Positions 9,511 through 19,200 of a stretch of 64,000 nucleotides of DNA are shown piece by piece. The stretch comes from Acidimicrobiales bacterium (GTDB lineage: Bacteria; Actinomycetota; Acidimicrobiia; Acidimicrobiales; Bin134). Position numbers and translations under genes: made by a program. The notes beneath the pieces are model-generated. The model saw only the letters and a list, made by a program, of their open reading frames with translations. It was not told the DNA's origin and did no database searches. Where the stretch lies: NCBI GenBank assembly GCA_965208785.1, contig OZ242356.1:447890-511889 (forward strand). The letters run 5' to 3'. Numbering within the stretch: the stretch's first letter is position 1; every line of letters starts with the position of its first letter.

Positions 9511-10077
9511 TTGACCGCCGTGTCCAGCGCGCCAGACCGCGGCAGCGGCGACCCCGGCCCGGTCCTCATTTCCCACGATGAGCTGACGGCCTGCATCGCC
9601 GACCTCGGCGCGCACATCACCGCCGACTATCAGGGGCGGGCGCCGCTGCTGGTGGGCGTGCTCAAGGGCGCCTTCATGTTCATGGCCGATTTGGCCCGGG
9701 CCATCAGCCTGCCGGTGGAGTTCGACTTCATGGCGGTGTCGTCGTATGGAAGTTCCACCCGCACAAGCGGCGTGGTGCGCATTGTCAAAGACCTCGACCT
9801 CGACCTGGCCGGGCGCGACGTGATCTTGGTGGAAGACATCATCGACAGCGGCCTGACCCTCAACTACCTCCGCAAGAACCTTGCCGCCCGCAACCCGGCA
9901 AGCCTGGAGGTGTGCGCTCTTTTGATACGCAAGGGCCGTCAGTACGAAGACCTCGACCTGCGTTACACCGGCTTTGAGATCCCGCCCGACTTCGTGGTCG
10001 GCTACGGCCTCGACGTCGGCGAGCGCTATCGCCAACTCCCCCACATCTGCCAGTACCAGCCAAACGGCAACTCATAG
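9511..10077 (+). CDS. hpt: Hypoxanthine phosphoribosyltransferase
   Basis: VGVLKGA, VEDIIDSGLTL, FVVGYGLD. Confidence 0.97.
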   Translation: MTAVSSAPDRGSGDPGPVLISHDELTACIADLGAHITADYQGRAPLLVGVLKGAFMFMADLARAISLPVEFDFMAVSSYGSSTRTSGVVRIVKDLDLDLAGRDVILVEDIIDSGLTLNYLRKNLAARNPASLEVCALLIRKGRQYEDLDLRYTGFEIPPDFVVGYGLDVGERYRQLPHICQYQPNGNS

Positions 10078-10091
10078 AAATAACTGAAATA

Positions 10092-10117
10092 CATCTTGCT
10101 TTTGCGAGCAAGGTGTG
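10092..10117 (+). terminator. Stem-loop after hpt
   Basis: ACATCTTGCT-TTTGCG-AGCAAGGTGT inverted repeat; no U-tract. Confidence 0.4.
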
Positions 10118-10177
10118 GCAGATTGAGGACATCGGAGCGACTCTACGGCTCCCTCCCCAACCTTTTGGGCACAACTC

Positions 10178-10891
10178 ATGCGGATGGCAAGCGAGGATCG
10201 CCGCCGACAACTGCCCTGGGTGGCACTGGGGCTGACCGTCACCCTCACCGCAGCAATCATCTTCGCCCTATGGGCGTCGTCGCTCAGCAATCGAACTGCG
10301 GTGGCGGTGGCGGCCCGTGACATCGCCGGCGGCTCGATGGTCGACATCGGCGACCTCCGAGCCGTCGAAGTGGCCAGCGGACAAGGGGCGGGGTTTGTGC
10401 CGATGGCCGATTTGGAGTCCGTCGTCGGTCGCACCGTCCGATCCTCGGTGCCCGAGGGGGCGATCCTTCACCCGGGCCTCCTGTCGGCAAGCACGCCGAT
10501 CGACCGGGGAAAGGCCGTGGTCGGCGTCGTGCTGCGACCGGGCGAATACCCGATTTCCCACCTCGGCCCAGGCCAGTTCGTCGGCGTGGTGGTTTTCGCC
10601 GACGAGCATCGCGAACCCAGCGCCGCGGCCGGCGACCGGCGGTTGAGTCGGGCTGATGGGCCCGACGCAGCCAACACCCTCATCCAGGCCGAGGTGGCCG
10701 AGGTGAGCAAGCTGCTCGACTCCGGCCAAGAGGCACTTTTTGTGTCGCTGTTGGCCTCGGCCGATGATGCTGTGCCCATCAGCAGGGCCGCTGCGGCCCG
10801 GGAGCTGCGCTTGATTCTGCTGCCCGAAGAATCCCGGCCGGCCAGCAGCCTGCTGAGCCCCGATCCAGCGCTGGCCGGAGCAGCACGATGA
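10178..10891 (+). CDS. SAF-domain/CpaB(RcpC)-like Tad accessory protein
   Basis: N-terminal TM, VAVAARDIAGG...DLRAVEV SAF motif; first gene of the Tad cluster. Confidence 0.75.
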   Translation: MRMASEDRRRQLPWVALGLTVTLTAAIIFALWASSLSNRTAVAVAARDIAGGSMVDIGDLRAVEVASGQGAGFVPMADLESVVGRTVRSSVPEGAILHPGLLSASTPIDRGKAVVGVVLRPGEYPISHLGPGQFVGVVVFADEHREPSAAAGDRRLSRADGPDAANTLIQAEVAEVSKLLDSGQEALFVSLLASADDAVPISRAAAARELRLILLPEESRPASSLLSPDPALAGAAR

Positions 10892-11634
10892 GCGTCATCG
10901 CGGTGGGGAGCGCCAAAGCCAGTCCGGGGGCGACCAGCCTCTCGGTTGGCCTCGGCCTGTCATGGGAAGCGATCACCGGGCGCCGAGCAGTTCTGGTGGA
11001 GGCAGACAGCGACGGCGGGGTTTTGGCGGCCCGCTTCGGGCTGGCCCTCACTCCCTCCCTGGTGGAGTTTTCCGGCACAACCCGACATGAGCTGACGATC
11101 AACCGGCTGGAGGCCAGCAGCCAACTGCTGGCCGGTCAATTGCCCGCCCTCGTCGCCCCTGGATGCGGAGAAACCACTGCTCTGGTGCTGGACTCGATGG
11201 CAACTCGATTGGCCGACGGCCTTGGCCGCCTCGACGACATCGACGCCGTAGTGGACATCGGACGGGTGCGGTCGCATTCACCTGCTGCTGAGTTGGTCGA
11301 CCGATGCGATCTGCTGGTGCTCGTTGCCCAACCTCAATTCGAACACCTTGTTCCGCTGGTCCATCAAGCCCGAAGAGTGGCCTCTCGCGACATTCCGACT
11401 GCACTGGTTTGCGTGGGCGACCGGCCATATCCGCCAACGGAGATGGCAAAGGCGTCCCAACTCGATCTTCTGGGGATCATGGCTCATGAGCCCAGGGTGA
11501 TTCAGGCACTGAGGGGCGGCCTGCCCGCCAACCGGCGCCACTGCCGGCTGTTGCTGTGGAGAACCCTGGGCGAGCTCGTTCAGCGGATCCACTACCGCGT
11601 GCAGTCCCCCGCAACCGGCCATGCGGTCGCTTAG
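10888..11634 (+). CDS. MinD/ParA-like (CpaE/TadZ-type) protein
   Basis: SAKASPGATS deviant Walker A, LVEADSDGG, VVDIGR. Confidence 0.75.
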   Translation: MSVIAVGSAKASPGATSLSVGLGLSWEAITGRRAVLVEADSDGGVLAARFGLALTPSLVEFSGTTRHELTINRLEASSQLLAGQLPALVAPGCGETTALVLDSMATRLADGLGRLDDIDAVVDIGRVRSHSPAAELVDRCDLLVLVAQPQFEHLVPLVHQARRVASRDIPTALVCVGDRPYPPTEMAKASQLDLLGIMAHEPRVIQALRGGLPANRRHCRLLLWRTLGELVQRIHYRVQSPATGHAVA

Positions 11635-11643
11635 GCAACGCCG

Positions 11644-12828
11644 ATGACCGCCTCCACGCACATCGACCGGGTGCTGGCCATGGTCACCAGTGAATTCGAA
11701 CGGGCGGAAGCGAGCCAGCTTGGTGATCGGCTAGCGCAAAAGGCCATGGCCGGGCAGTTCATTCTGGAGGCGCTCGACGCCATCGCCGCTGAGCGGGCAA
11801 AGGCGTTCTTGCCCCCTATCGACAGCGCCGAAGAGTCCTTCATCACCGAAGAGGTGCTGGCCACTCTGTTCGGGCTCGGATCCATAGAGCGGCTGTTGGC
11901 TGACGACTCCGTGGAGAACGTGAGCATCAACGGCCACGACACGGTTTGGGTACACCACGCCGGCGGGGTCAAGCGCCGGGCCGCCCCCGTAGCCAGTTCG
12001 GACGATGAGTTGGTGGCGCTCATCCGCAAGGCGGCTGCCCGGCTAGGCCGCAACGAAAGGCGGTTCGACCTTGCCAACCCGTTTCTTGATTTGCAGTTGC
12101 CCGACGGATCCCGTCTGAACGCGGTGATGGCGGTATCGGAGCGCCCGGCGGTGTCAATTCGCCGTCATCGCCACGAGCGGGTGACCCTGGACGACTTGTG
12201 CGAGCTGGGCACCCTCGACGAGGCGCTCCGAGACTTCTTGGGCGCTGCCGTGCAAGCTCGAAGGAGCATCATCATCTGCGGTGGAACCAACGCGGGCAAG
12301 ACAACGCTCCTGCGGGCCCTTCTGAACGTCTGCGACCCCGATGAGCGGCTGATCACCATTGAGGATCGGTTGGAATTGAGCCTGGCCGCCGACCCCGACC
12401 GGCACCGCGACGTGATCGAGATGGAAACCAGGACAGCCAACATCGAGGGTTCAGGTGGCATCACCATGCAGCAACTGGTGCGCAATGCCTTGGCCATGTC
12501 TCCCGACCGGTTGATTGTGGGCGAGGTGAGAGGTCCCGAGGTGGTGGACATGCTGGCCGCGCTGTCCACCGGAAACGACGGCTCGATGTGTACCATCCAC
12601 GCCAACTCGTCCCAGGCGGCTTTCAGCAAGATCGCCACCTACGCGCTGCGGTCCGCAGAGCGCATACCGGTAGAAGCCACCAACCGGATGATTGCTGAGA
12701 GCATCGACTTTGCGGTCCATGTAAGCAGAGGGCGCGACGGCCGTAGGCGAGTGAACTCGGTACGAGAGGTCACCGGCGCCTCGATGGGCGAAGTCAAAAG
12801 CGTCGAAGTGTTCAAGGACCAGAAATGA
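11644..12828 (+). CDS. tadA: Tad pilus assembly ATPase CpaF/TadA
   Basis: GGTNAGKTT, ITIED, MSPDRLIVGEVRG, TIHANS. Confidence 0.93.
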   Translation: MTASTHIDRVLAMVTSEFERAEASQLGDRLAQKAMAGQFILEALDAIAAERAKAFLPPIDSAEESFITEEVLATLFGLGSIERLLADDSVENVSINGHDTVWVHHAGGVKRRAAPVASSDDELVALIRKAAARLGRNERRFDLANPFLDLQLPDGSRLNAVMAVSERPAVSIRRHRHERVTLDDLCELGTLDEALRDFLGAAVQARRSIIICGGTNAGKTTLLRALLNVCDPDERLITIEDRLELSLAADPDRHRDVIEMETRTANIEGSGGITMQQLVRNALAMSPDRLIVGEVRGPEVVDMLAALSTGNDGSMCTIHANSSQAAFSKIATYALRSAERIPVEATNRMIAESIDFAVHVSRGRDGRRRVNSVREVTGASMGEVKSVEVFKDQK

Positions 12829-13712
12829 CCTCGCTGCTCGGAGCACTGCTAGGAGCCCTCGCGGGCAGCGGAATGTTCACAGCCATCATCGGCTGGCGAG
12901 GTCTGCCGCGGTGGTCGAAAAAGGGTGGCCTGCTGGTGCTTGAGAGGCTTCGGGGGCCAATTCCGCCACTGGCTCTCCGCTTGGCCATCGCGGGTGCGGG
13001 CTTCGTCGTCGGCACGGCGCTGACCGGATGGTTCGCGGCCGGGCTCATAGCCGGCATAGCCGGTTTCAGTTCGCCAACCGTCATAGGCGCCAAAGCAAGC
13101 CGAGACCGAGAGGTCGATCGTATGACAGCACTGGCAACCTGGGTGGAGATGGTGCGGGACACGACCAGCGCAGCATCAGGGTTGACCGAGACATTGAAGG
13201 CCACCGCGGCCACTGCACCGATGGCCATACGCATCCCGGTGCAGCAACTGGCGGCGCGAGCGGAACGGGAACCGCTGCCCGACGCTTTGGCCAAATTCGC
13301 CGACGAGGTAGACCACGGAGTCGCCGACAGCATTGCGGTCACGCTCCGACTGGCGGCTGCCAACCAAACGGGACCATTGCGGGAGACGCTGGCCGATCTT
13401 GCTGAGAACACCCGCCAAGAAGTCTCAATGCGATTGAGGATAGAGGCCTCTCGAGCCCGGCAATTCACTTCCGCCCGCTTCATCGCCGGCGTTGTGGCCG
13501 TGTTCTCCGTTGGCATGGTGGTCTTCAGCAGACCGTACTTGGCCCCCTACGACACAGCGTGGGGGCAGGTGGCCCTTGGCGTGATCGGCGCCCTCTTCAT
13601 CGGGTCGGCAATCGCCCTTGTGAAGATGGGCCAGTTCAACAGCCCGCCTCGAATCCTCGACATGCGGCAATCCCTTGAGGTCTCGAGCACAACCAGCGGG
13701 GGCCGGAGATGA
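12825..13712 (+). CDS. tadB: TadB-like type II secretion F-family membrane protein
   Basis: TM pattern, YLAPYDTAWGQ motif, follows tadA. Confidence 0.8.
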   Translation: MTSLLGALLGALAGSGMFTAIIGWRGLPRWSKKGGLLVLERLRGPIPPLALRLAIAGAGFVVGTALTGWFAAGLIAGIAGFSSPTVIGAKASRDREVDRMTALATWVEMVRDTTSAASGLTETLKATAATAPMAIRIPVQQLAARAEREPLPDALAKFADEVDHGVADSIAVTLRLAAANQTGPLRETLADLAENTRQEVSMRLRIEASRARQFTSARFIAGVVAVFSVGMVVFSRPYLAPYDTAWGQVALGVIGALFIGSAIALVKMGQFNSPPRILDMRQSLEVSSTTSGGRR

Positions 13713-14587
13713 CCGTCGGCCTAGCCCTGGGCACCGTGATCGGGCTCGGGCTCGCCGTGGTTTTCTGGGGGCTGTTCCCTCCCCGAGAACCGTTGCAGTC
13801 GCGGCTCAGCGAGCTCGATCGGCCAACGGACCAGCGCCGCCGAGTAGCAACGCGCCGCGAGAAGATCGGCCGCGCCGCAGTGCAATCGCTCAGACCCCTG
13901 GGATTGCGGGGTCGCCGGATCGAGCGCGACCTGCGAGTTGCCAGCCAAAGCCTCGAAGAACTGGCCGTCGCCAAACTGGGGATGATGCTGCTCGGCGCCG
14001 GACTGCCAGCGGGGATATGGATCATCGCCTGGTTCAGCCGAGCCTGGGTTTCTCCCGGCCTGGTGGCGGCGGCATCCACCCTGGGGGGAGCGCTGCTTTT
14101 CCTTGTCCCTGATCTGTCGTTGCGAGAAAGAGCCCGGAACCGGCATCGCGAGCTGCGCCACCAGATCAGCGTCTATTTGGATCTCGTGGGCCTTCACTTG
14201 TCAGGGGGCGCGGGAATGGAGCGGGCCCTGAGCGACTCGGCTGCGCTGGGCACTGCCTGGGGGTTTGTCGAGATCAAGCGGACACTGCGGCAAGCCCAAT
14301 TGTCCAACGAGCCGCCGTGGACTGCCCTGGAGAGACTGGGACGCGAGCTCGGCTCGGCAGAGCTCCAAGAGTTGGCCGCATGGCTATTGCTGGCCGGCAC
14401 GTCTGGATCCCGCGTGCGGTTGTCTCTGCACACCAAAGCCCGCGGCTTGCGAGAGCGGGCTCTGAACGAAGCGGAGACGGAGGCCCAGCAGTCCACAGAG
14501 CGCATGTCGCTGCCAGTCGTGCTCATGTTCTCGGGGTTTCTGGGACTGATCGGCTATCCGGCCATTGCCGCCATCGTCAGCTCATGA
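13709..14587 (+). CDS. tadC: TadC-like type II secretion F-family membrane protein
   Basis: YLDLV..LSGGAG, PPWTALERLG, TERMSLPVV. Confidence 0.82.
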   Translation: MTVGLALGTVIGLGLAVVFWGLFPPREPLQSRLSELDRPTDQRRRVATRREKIGRAAVQSLRPLGLRGRRIERDLRVASQSLEELAVAKLGMMLLGAGLPAGIWIIAWFSRAWVSPGLVAAASTLGGALLFLVPDLSLRERARNRHRELRHQISVYLDLVGLHLSGGAGMERALSDSAALGTAWGFVEIKRTLRQAQLSNEPPWTALERLGRELGSAELQELAAWLLLAGTSGSRVRLSLHTKARGLRERALNEAETEAQQSTERMSLPVVLMFSGFLGLIGYPAIAAIVSS

Positions 14588-14668
14588 GTGTCCGGGGACC
14601 CACAGTCCCGAGGCTTCCCCTTATCGGCGCATTGAACCGCCCCAACCAAAATCCCGTAGGAGACACAA

Positions 14669-14869
14669 GTGAAAACGGCATTCAAATTCCATCTTCTGGT
14701 TACCGCAGCGTGGGCCAAGTTCGAGCAGCGAGCCCACAAGGTCTGGCAAAGCGAGCGGGGCGACGTGACCTCAACGGTGATCATCATCGCGGTTCTCGTG
14801 GCCGCCGCGGTGGCCGCTGGCGTGGTCATCACAAGCTTCGTTTCCGGGCAGACCAGCAAGATCAGCTGA
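14669..14869 (+). CDS. Flp-type pilin
   Basis: 66 aa, ERG|DV prepilin cleavage site followed by a hydrophobic helix; AGGAG RBS. Confidence 0.75.
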   Translation: MKTAFKFHLLVTAAWAKFEQRAHKVWQSERGDVTSTVIIIAVLVAAAVAAGVVITSFVSGQTSKIS

Positions 14870-14980
14870 TCGACCGCAATGGGACCAGTCCGCCATTGGA
14901 ATGCGAGCGCGGCGAAGTCACTGCTGATCGACCGCAATGGGACCAGTCCGCCATTGGAATGCGAGCGCGGCGAAGTCACT
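14865..14980. repeat. Perfect 58-bp tandem duplication at the pilin stop / TadE start
   Basis: GCTGATCGACCGCAATGGGACCAGTCCGCCATTGGAATGCGAGCGCGGCGAAGTCACT at 14865 and 14923. Confidence 0.97.
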
Positions 14981-15331
14981 ACCACCGTTCTGGTCGTTCC
15001 CATTGCCATGTTCTTGATTTTTGTCGTTGTCCAAGCTGCTCTGGTCTTCCACGCCCAGGCCATTGTCGATGCCGCGGCCCAAGACGGCGCCCAGGCTGGT
15101 CAGGGCGAGACCGGCACGGAGGAAGCCGTTCGAACCGCGGTTCAGTCGGTTATCGGAACAAGCGCAGAGAACCTGCTGGCAAATGTAGAGGTCTTTGTCG
15201 ACACGGGCTCATCGCTGTCCTCGGTTACCGTTCAGGCCACCGTGAAGTCGCTGATCCCCGGATACGCCCCCGCGGTCTCGTCCACCGCGTCCGGACCCCG
15301 CGAGATCTTCATGCCTGAGAGCGCAAGATGA
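14879..15331 (+). CDS. TadE-like pseudopilin
   Basis: ERG|EVTTTVLVVP hydrophobic helix, AAAQDGA; start uncertain because of the duplication. Confidence 0.8.
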   Translation: MGPVRHWNASAAKSLLIDRNGTSPPLECERGEVTTTVLVVPIAMFLIFVVVQAALVFHAQAIVDAAAQDGAQAGQGETGTEEAVRTAVQSVIGTSAENLLANVEVFVDTGSSLSSVTVQATVKSLIPGYAPAVSSTASGPREIFMPESAR

Positions 15332-15777
15332 GAGGAGCAACTCGGTGGCCTCGACCAGCCCATGGGGCCGGTGAGCGAGGCAGCAGCGTGATCGGACTGG
15401 TGGTCCTCACCCCGGTCATGGCCTTGCTCTTTTTCTTTGTCGTAGCCGCCGGCCGAGTGGGTGTGGTCGAGAGCAAGTTGACCGCTGCCGCCCGCGGCGC
15501 GGCCCGCGCCGCCTCCCAAGCCAGGTCGACGGACGCGGCCCGCGCCGCGGCCACTGCGATAGCCGAGACCTCTTTGGGCCACTTGGAGGTGGAGTGCCAA
15601 GGCGGGCCCCAGGTTCGTGTTCTAAAGATGGACCTCCGGCCAGGAGGAAGAGTGCAGATTCAGGTTTCATGCACCGTGCGGCTGTCGGATCTGACCATCA
15701 CCGGCGTTCCCGGAAGCCGAATAATGACAGCAGAGTCTGCATCAGTGGTGGACCGCCATCGAAGCGGAAGCCAGTAG
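15328..15777 (+). CDS. TadE-like pseudopilin
   Basis: ERG|SSVIGLVVLTP, AARGAARAAS, C-terminal VVDRHR. Confidence 0.8.
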   Translation: MRGATRWPRPAHGAGERGSSVIGLVVLTPVMALLFFFVVAAGRVGVVESKLTAAARGAARAASQARSTDAARAAATAIAETSLGHLEVECQGGPQVRVLKMDLRPGGRVQIQVSCTVRLSDLTITGVPGSRIMTAESASVVDRHRSGSQ

Positions 15778-15779
15778 TC

Positions 15780-16241
15780 GTGTACCAGCGCAGATCTAAC
15801 AGGCGCTCCGGCTCGACGCCAGCACCGAGACACCGCCAACGGGGGCAGGTCACCGTGATGTTTGTCGTTTTGACTGTGGCACTGGTCATGCTCGGCGGAT
15901 TGGCATTCGACGGCGCCCAGATTTTGAATGCCAGACGGAAGGCCTCGACATTGGCCCTTGAGACAGCCAGAGCCGGGGCACAGGCAATCTCCATTGAATC
16001 GCTGTACCCGAAGCCGGCGACCGTGCTCGTTGATTCATCAAAGGCTCAAATCGCCGCGTCCGACTATTTGGGCCAGCACGATGACTGGTCGATCTCGGTT
16101 CGGGGCGACACGGTTTCAGCAACTGTGTGGCTGACCCAGCCCCTTCAAATCCTCTCTTTTCTGGGCATGGATTCACGTCGCGTAGCCGGCACCGCCACTG
16201 CCCGGGCAGTGCAAGGCATCCGAACAGGAGATGATCTATGA
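15780..16241 (+). CDS. TadG-like pilus assembly protein
   Basis: QRG|QVTVMFVV, GLAFDGA, ARAGAQ; start estimated at GTG 15780. Confidence 0.75.
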   Translation: MYQRRSNRRSGSTPAPRHRQRGQVTVMFVVLTVALVMLGGLAFDGAQILNARRKASTLALETARAGAQAISIESLYPKPATVLVDSSKAQIAASDYLGQHDDWSISVRGDTVSATVWLTQPLQILSFLGMDSRRVAGTATARAVQGIRTGDDL

Positions 16242-19200
16242 TCTCGAACGACGATCAACGCAAAGACCTCCTTCGCGGCCTGTCTTCAGCAGCGTTGCTG
16301 GCCGGTTTGCTGATAGGCGTCCCGACGCTCCTCATCTTTGGCGTGGGTTGGCCACTGCCCCAAGGAACGTCATCAGCCTCTGACGTAACCACCGCCATAA
16401 GAACTGGTGCGATTCCTCCTTCTTTCATTTCAAAGTCGATATCTTTTGTGCTGTGGATTCTCTGGTTGCAAATTCTGACCGGAGTAACAATAGAATTGTG
16501 GGCTCATTTCCATGGCCGGGTTGCCCCTCAAGTTGCGTTCCTCCCCCGATTTGTCCAAAGCCTATCGTCTCGATTTATAGGTGCAGCTTTGGCAATGATA
16601 TTTTCACTTCAACATCCCGGAATTGCAACGGCTGACAACCAAGAACTGCTGACTCCTACGATAAGCGTGATGGATGTCGACCACCAGATCGCAGAGGAAG
16701 AGCGTTCTCCGCACCCAGGGCATCAACAAGAAAGACTAAGGGTGCTCGCTGAACACTACTTGGGTGATCCAAGCAGATGGGATGAAGTATATGTGCTCAA
16801 CCAAAAACAAGAACAGATAGTTGATGAATCACTTACAGACTCAACGCGAATTCAACCAGGATGGAAATTCCTTATACCTGATGATACTCCCCTTCCACCA
16901 TTACTCGAATTGAAGCGCAACACGCCCGCTGCGAGTAATCAGCAGTTTGATCTCCAGTCAACCGATTCCGATACCATCAAGATCACGGTAAAGAAAGGAG
17001 ATACTCTGTGGCAGTTGGCAACTCACCATTTCGGTGACCCAAAAAAATGGGTAGATATCTATAATTCAAATCAGGACATAATTCAAGATCCCAACGTGAT
17101 CTTGCCTGGATGGGAGCTCCAATTACCTGCACATAATTCTAAGTTTGAAATATCATTGTTTGTGGAACCACTCACGATGCCAACTGCTAAACCTTCTGTA
17201 GAATTGTCGGACCACTCAACATCTGTTATGGCCTACACCACATCCAAAGCCTCCGTGGTAGCCAACGTTGCTTCGAACCGTGAACACGAACAACTCGAAT
17301 TGGCTCCGTCGGCAGCATCCCCGTTGGCGGCGACCAGCGTCGCTTCTCGCGGTGCCGACGAACCGTCTGCTCTCACCACGCAGACAGTGTTTGCGATCGG
17401 CGGTCTCGGCATGTTCGCCAGCAGCCTTGGCTGGATTTTGGCCCGTCTCTATCGAAGTCAACGTCGTCGCCTGCCAAGCGAACGCCTACTTGCTTCATCC
17501 ACAAGTGAAGCTGTCCAACTCGAACAGCAATTGCTGGATGCATCGGACACCGACAGTGCTCTTTTTTTGGACGCCTCACTGAGAGCTATGTCCATTCGAA
17601 TCGCTGGTCGCACCCCGCCCAAGATCATCGGAGTGATGTTGGATTCTGATGCCGTATCAATCTTGCTGGATGCTCCTGCTGAAGCGCCCAGCGGTTTCAA
17701 TGGCAGTGAAGACAACCTGATCTGGAGCTTTTCGAGAAGCGAGCGGCTGGAACATCTTCTGACGGAAGCCGAAGGCGTCTCCGCGCCACTCCCCACCCTG
17801 GTCTCTGTGGGAAAGAACTCCGATTCAGAGCTTTTGCTGAATCTTGAACATGTGACCGCTCTGAACCTCCAGGGTGATCCAGAGGCTATTGAGAAGTCGT
17901 GCGCAGCCATGGCCGTCCAGCTAGCCAGCAGTCATCTGGCCGATGACCTCACCGTGGTGTGTGTGGGTTTCGGCCAAGATCTGAGCGTCTTTGAACGGGT
18001 TGAATATGTACCTGATGTGGCCTCCGCTATCGGTCGTATCGCCCACCAACACCGTCAGAATCGAGCTTTGTCTGACAACCACGCTCCTTTCGCGATCACC
18101 CGAATGGGCAATGGCAGTGATTGCTCGCAACCTGCCGTAGTGATAATTCCCGGCGAGTTGGCCGGAGAAGAAGCCCGCCGTCTCCTGGAAGAGTGCGGGT
18201 CGTCAGTCTGCATCGCAGCCCACGGGCTGAGCGGTGCCACTTGGCTGGGGCAGTTCGATGACTACGGCCTTCTAGTGGAGCCAATCGGCCTGCGGCTAGA
18301 GCCTTACGGCCTATCAGCTGCGGCCGTCGCAGCCGTCGCTGAATTGGCCACTACTGCGGAAGACTCTCGTCGCACAAACCCGGCGGGAGATATACGCGCA
18401 ACACCGGTCGCTAAATTGGCTACCACTGCCCAAGACTCTCATGGGGTGGTGCCGGAAATGCCATCGGTACTGTCTCCGACAGATATCGAAGCACCCGCTC
18501 CCGTCCACGAACAACCGCCGATCGACGTGGAAGCCCGGGTATTGGGCGCCGTGGCGACATCGCAGATTCCAGAGCCCGCGCGGAGGCCGCCGACCGATGT
18601 GGAAGTCCGGGTGTTGGGCACCGTTGATGTGCTGGGCGCCGCGCAGTCGTTCACCTCCCGGCGAGCCCTCGATCTGGTTGCCTACCTGGCCTTCCACCCC
18701 GAAGGAGCCGACCGAGACCAGTTGAAAACCCATCTCTGGCCACCGGACGATCCACCCTCAGAGTCCACTCTTGCCAACACCGTGAGCCGAGCCCGCAAGG
18801 CGCTGGGAGTTGACGACAACGGCAAGCCGTACCTGCCCAGAGTAAGCCGGACGGGCATCTACCGATTGCGACCAGAGGTGGGAACCGACGTCGCCCGATT
18901 CGAAGAACTCGCTTCTGCCGCTCGCAGTGATGCCGGCGAACGGGGACGACAGCAACTGCAAACGGCATTGGAATTGGTGCGGGGCACTCCCTTCACCGGG
19001 GGCGGCGGCGAGATGTTCCGCTGGGCTGACTTCGGGTTGCGAACCCACATCGACTGCATGGTGGACACCACGGCCCACGAGTTGGCCGAACGGTGTTTGG
19101 AAGCCGGCGACCCCGAAGGGGCCCGAAGAGCGGTGATGACCAGCCTCCGGTTGGTGGGAGTGTGCGAGCAATGCTACCGCTGGCGGCTCATGGCTGCGGC

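Noticed and set aside
10078-10185. Riboswitch upstream of the Tad operon
   Set aside because: Several small hairpins, but no recognisable c-di-GMP or c-di-AMP aptamer consensus.
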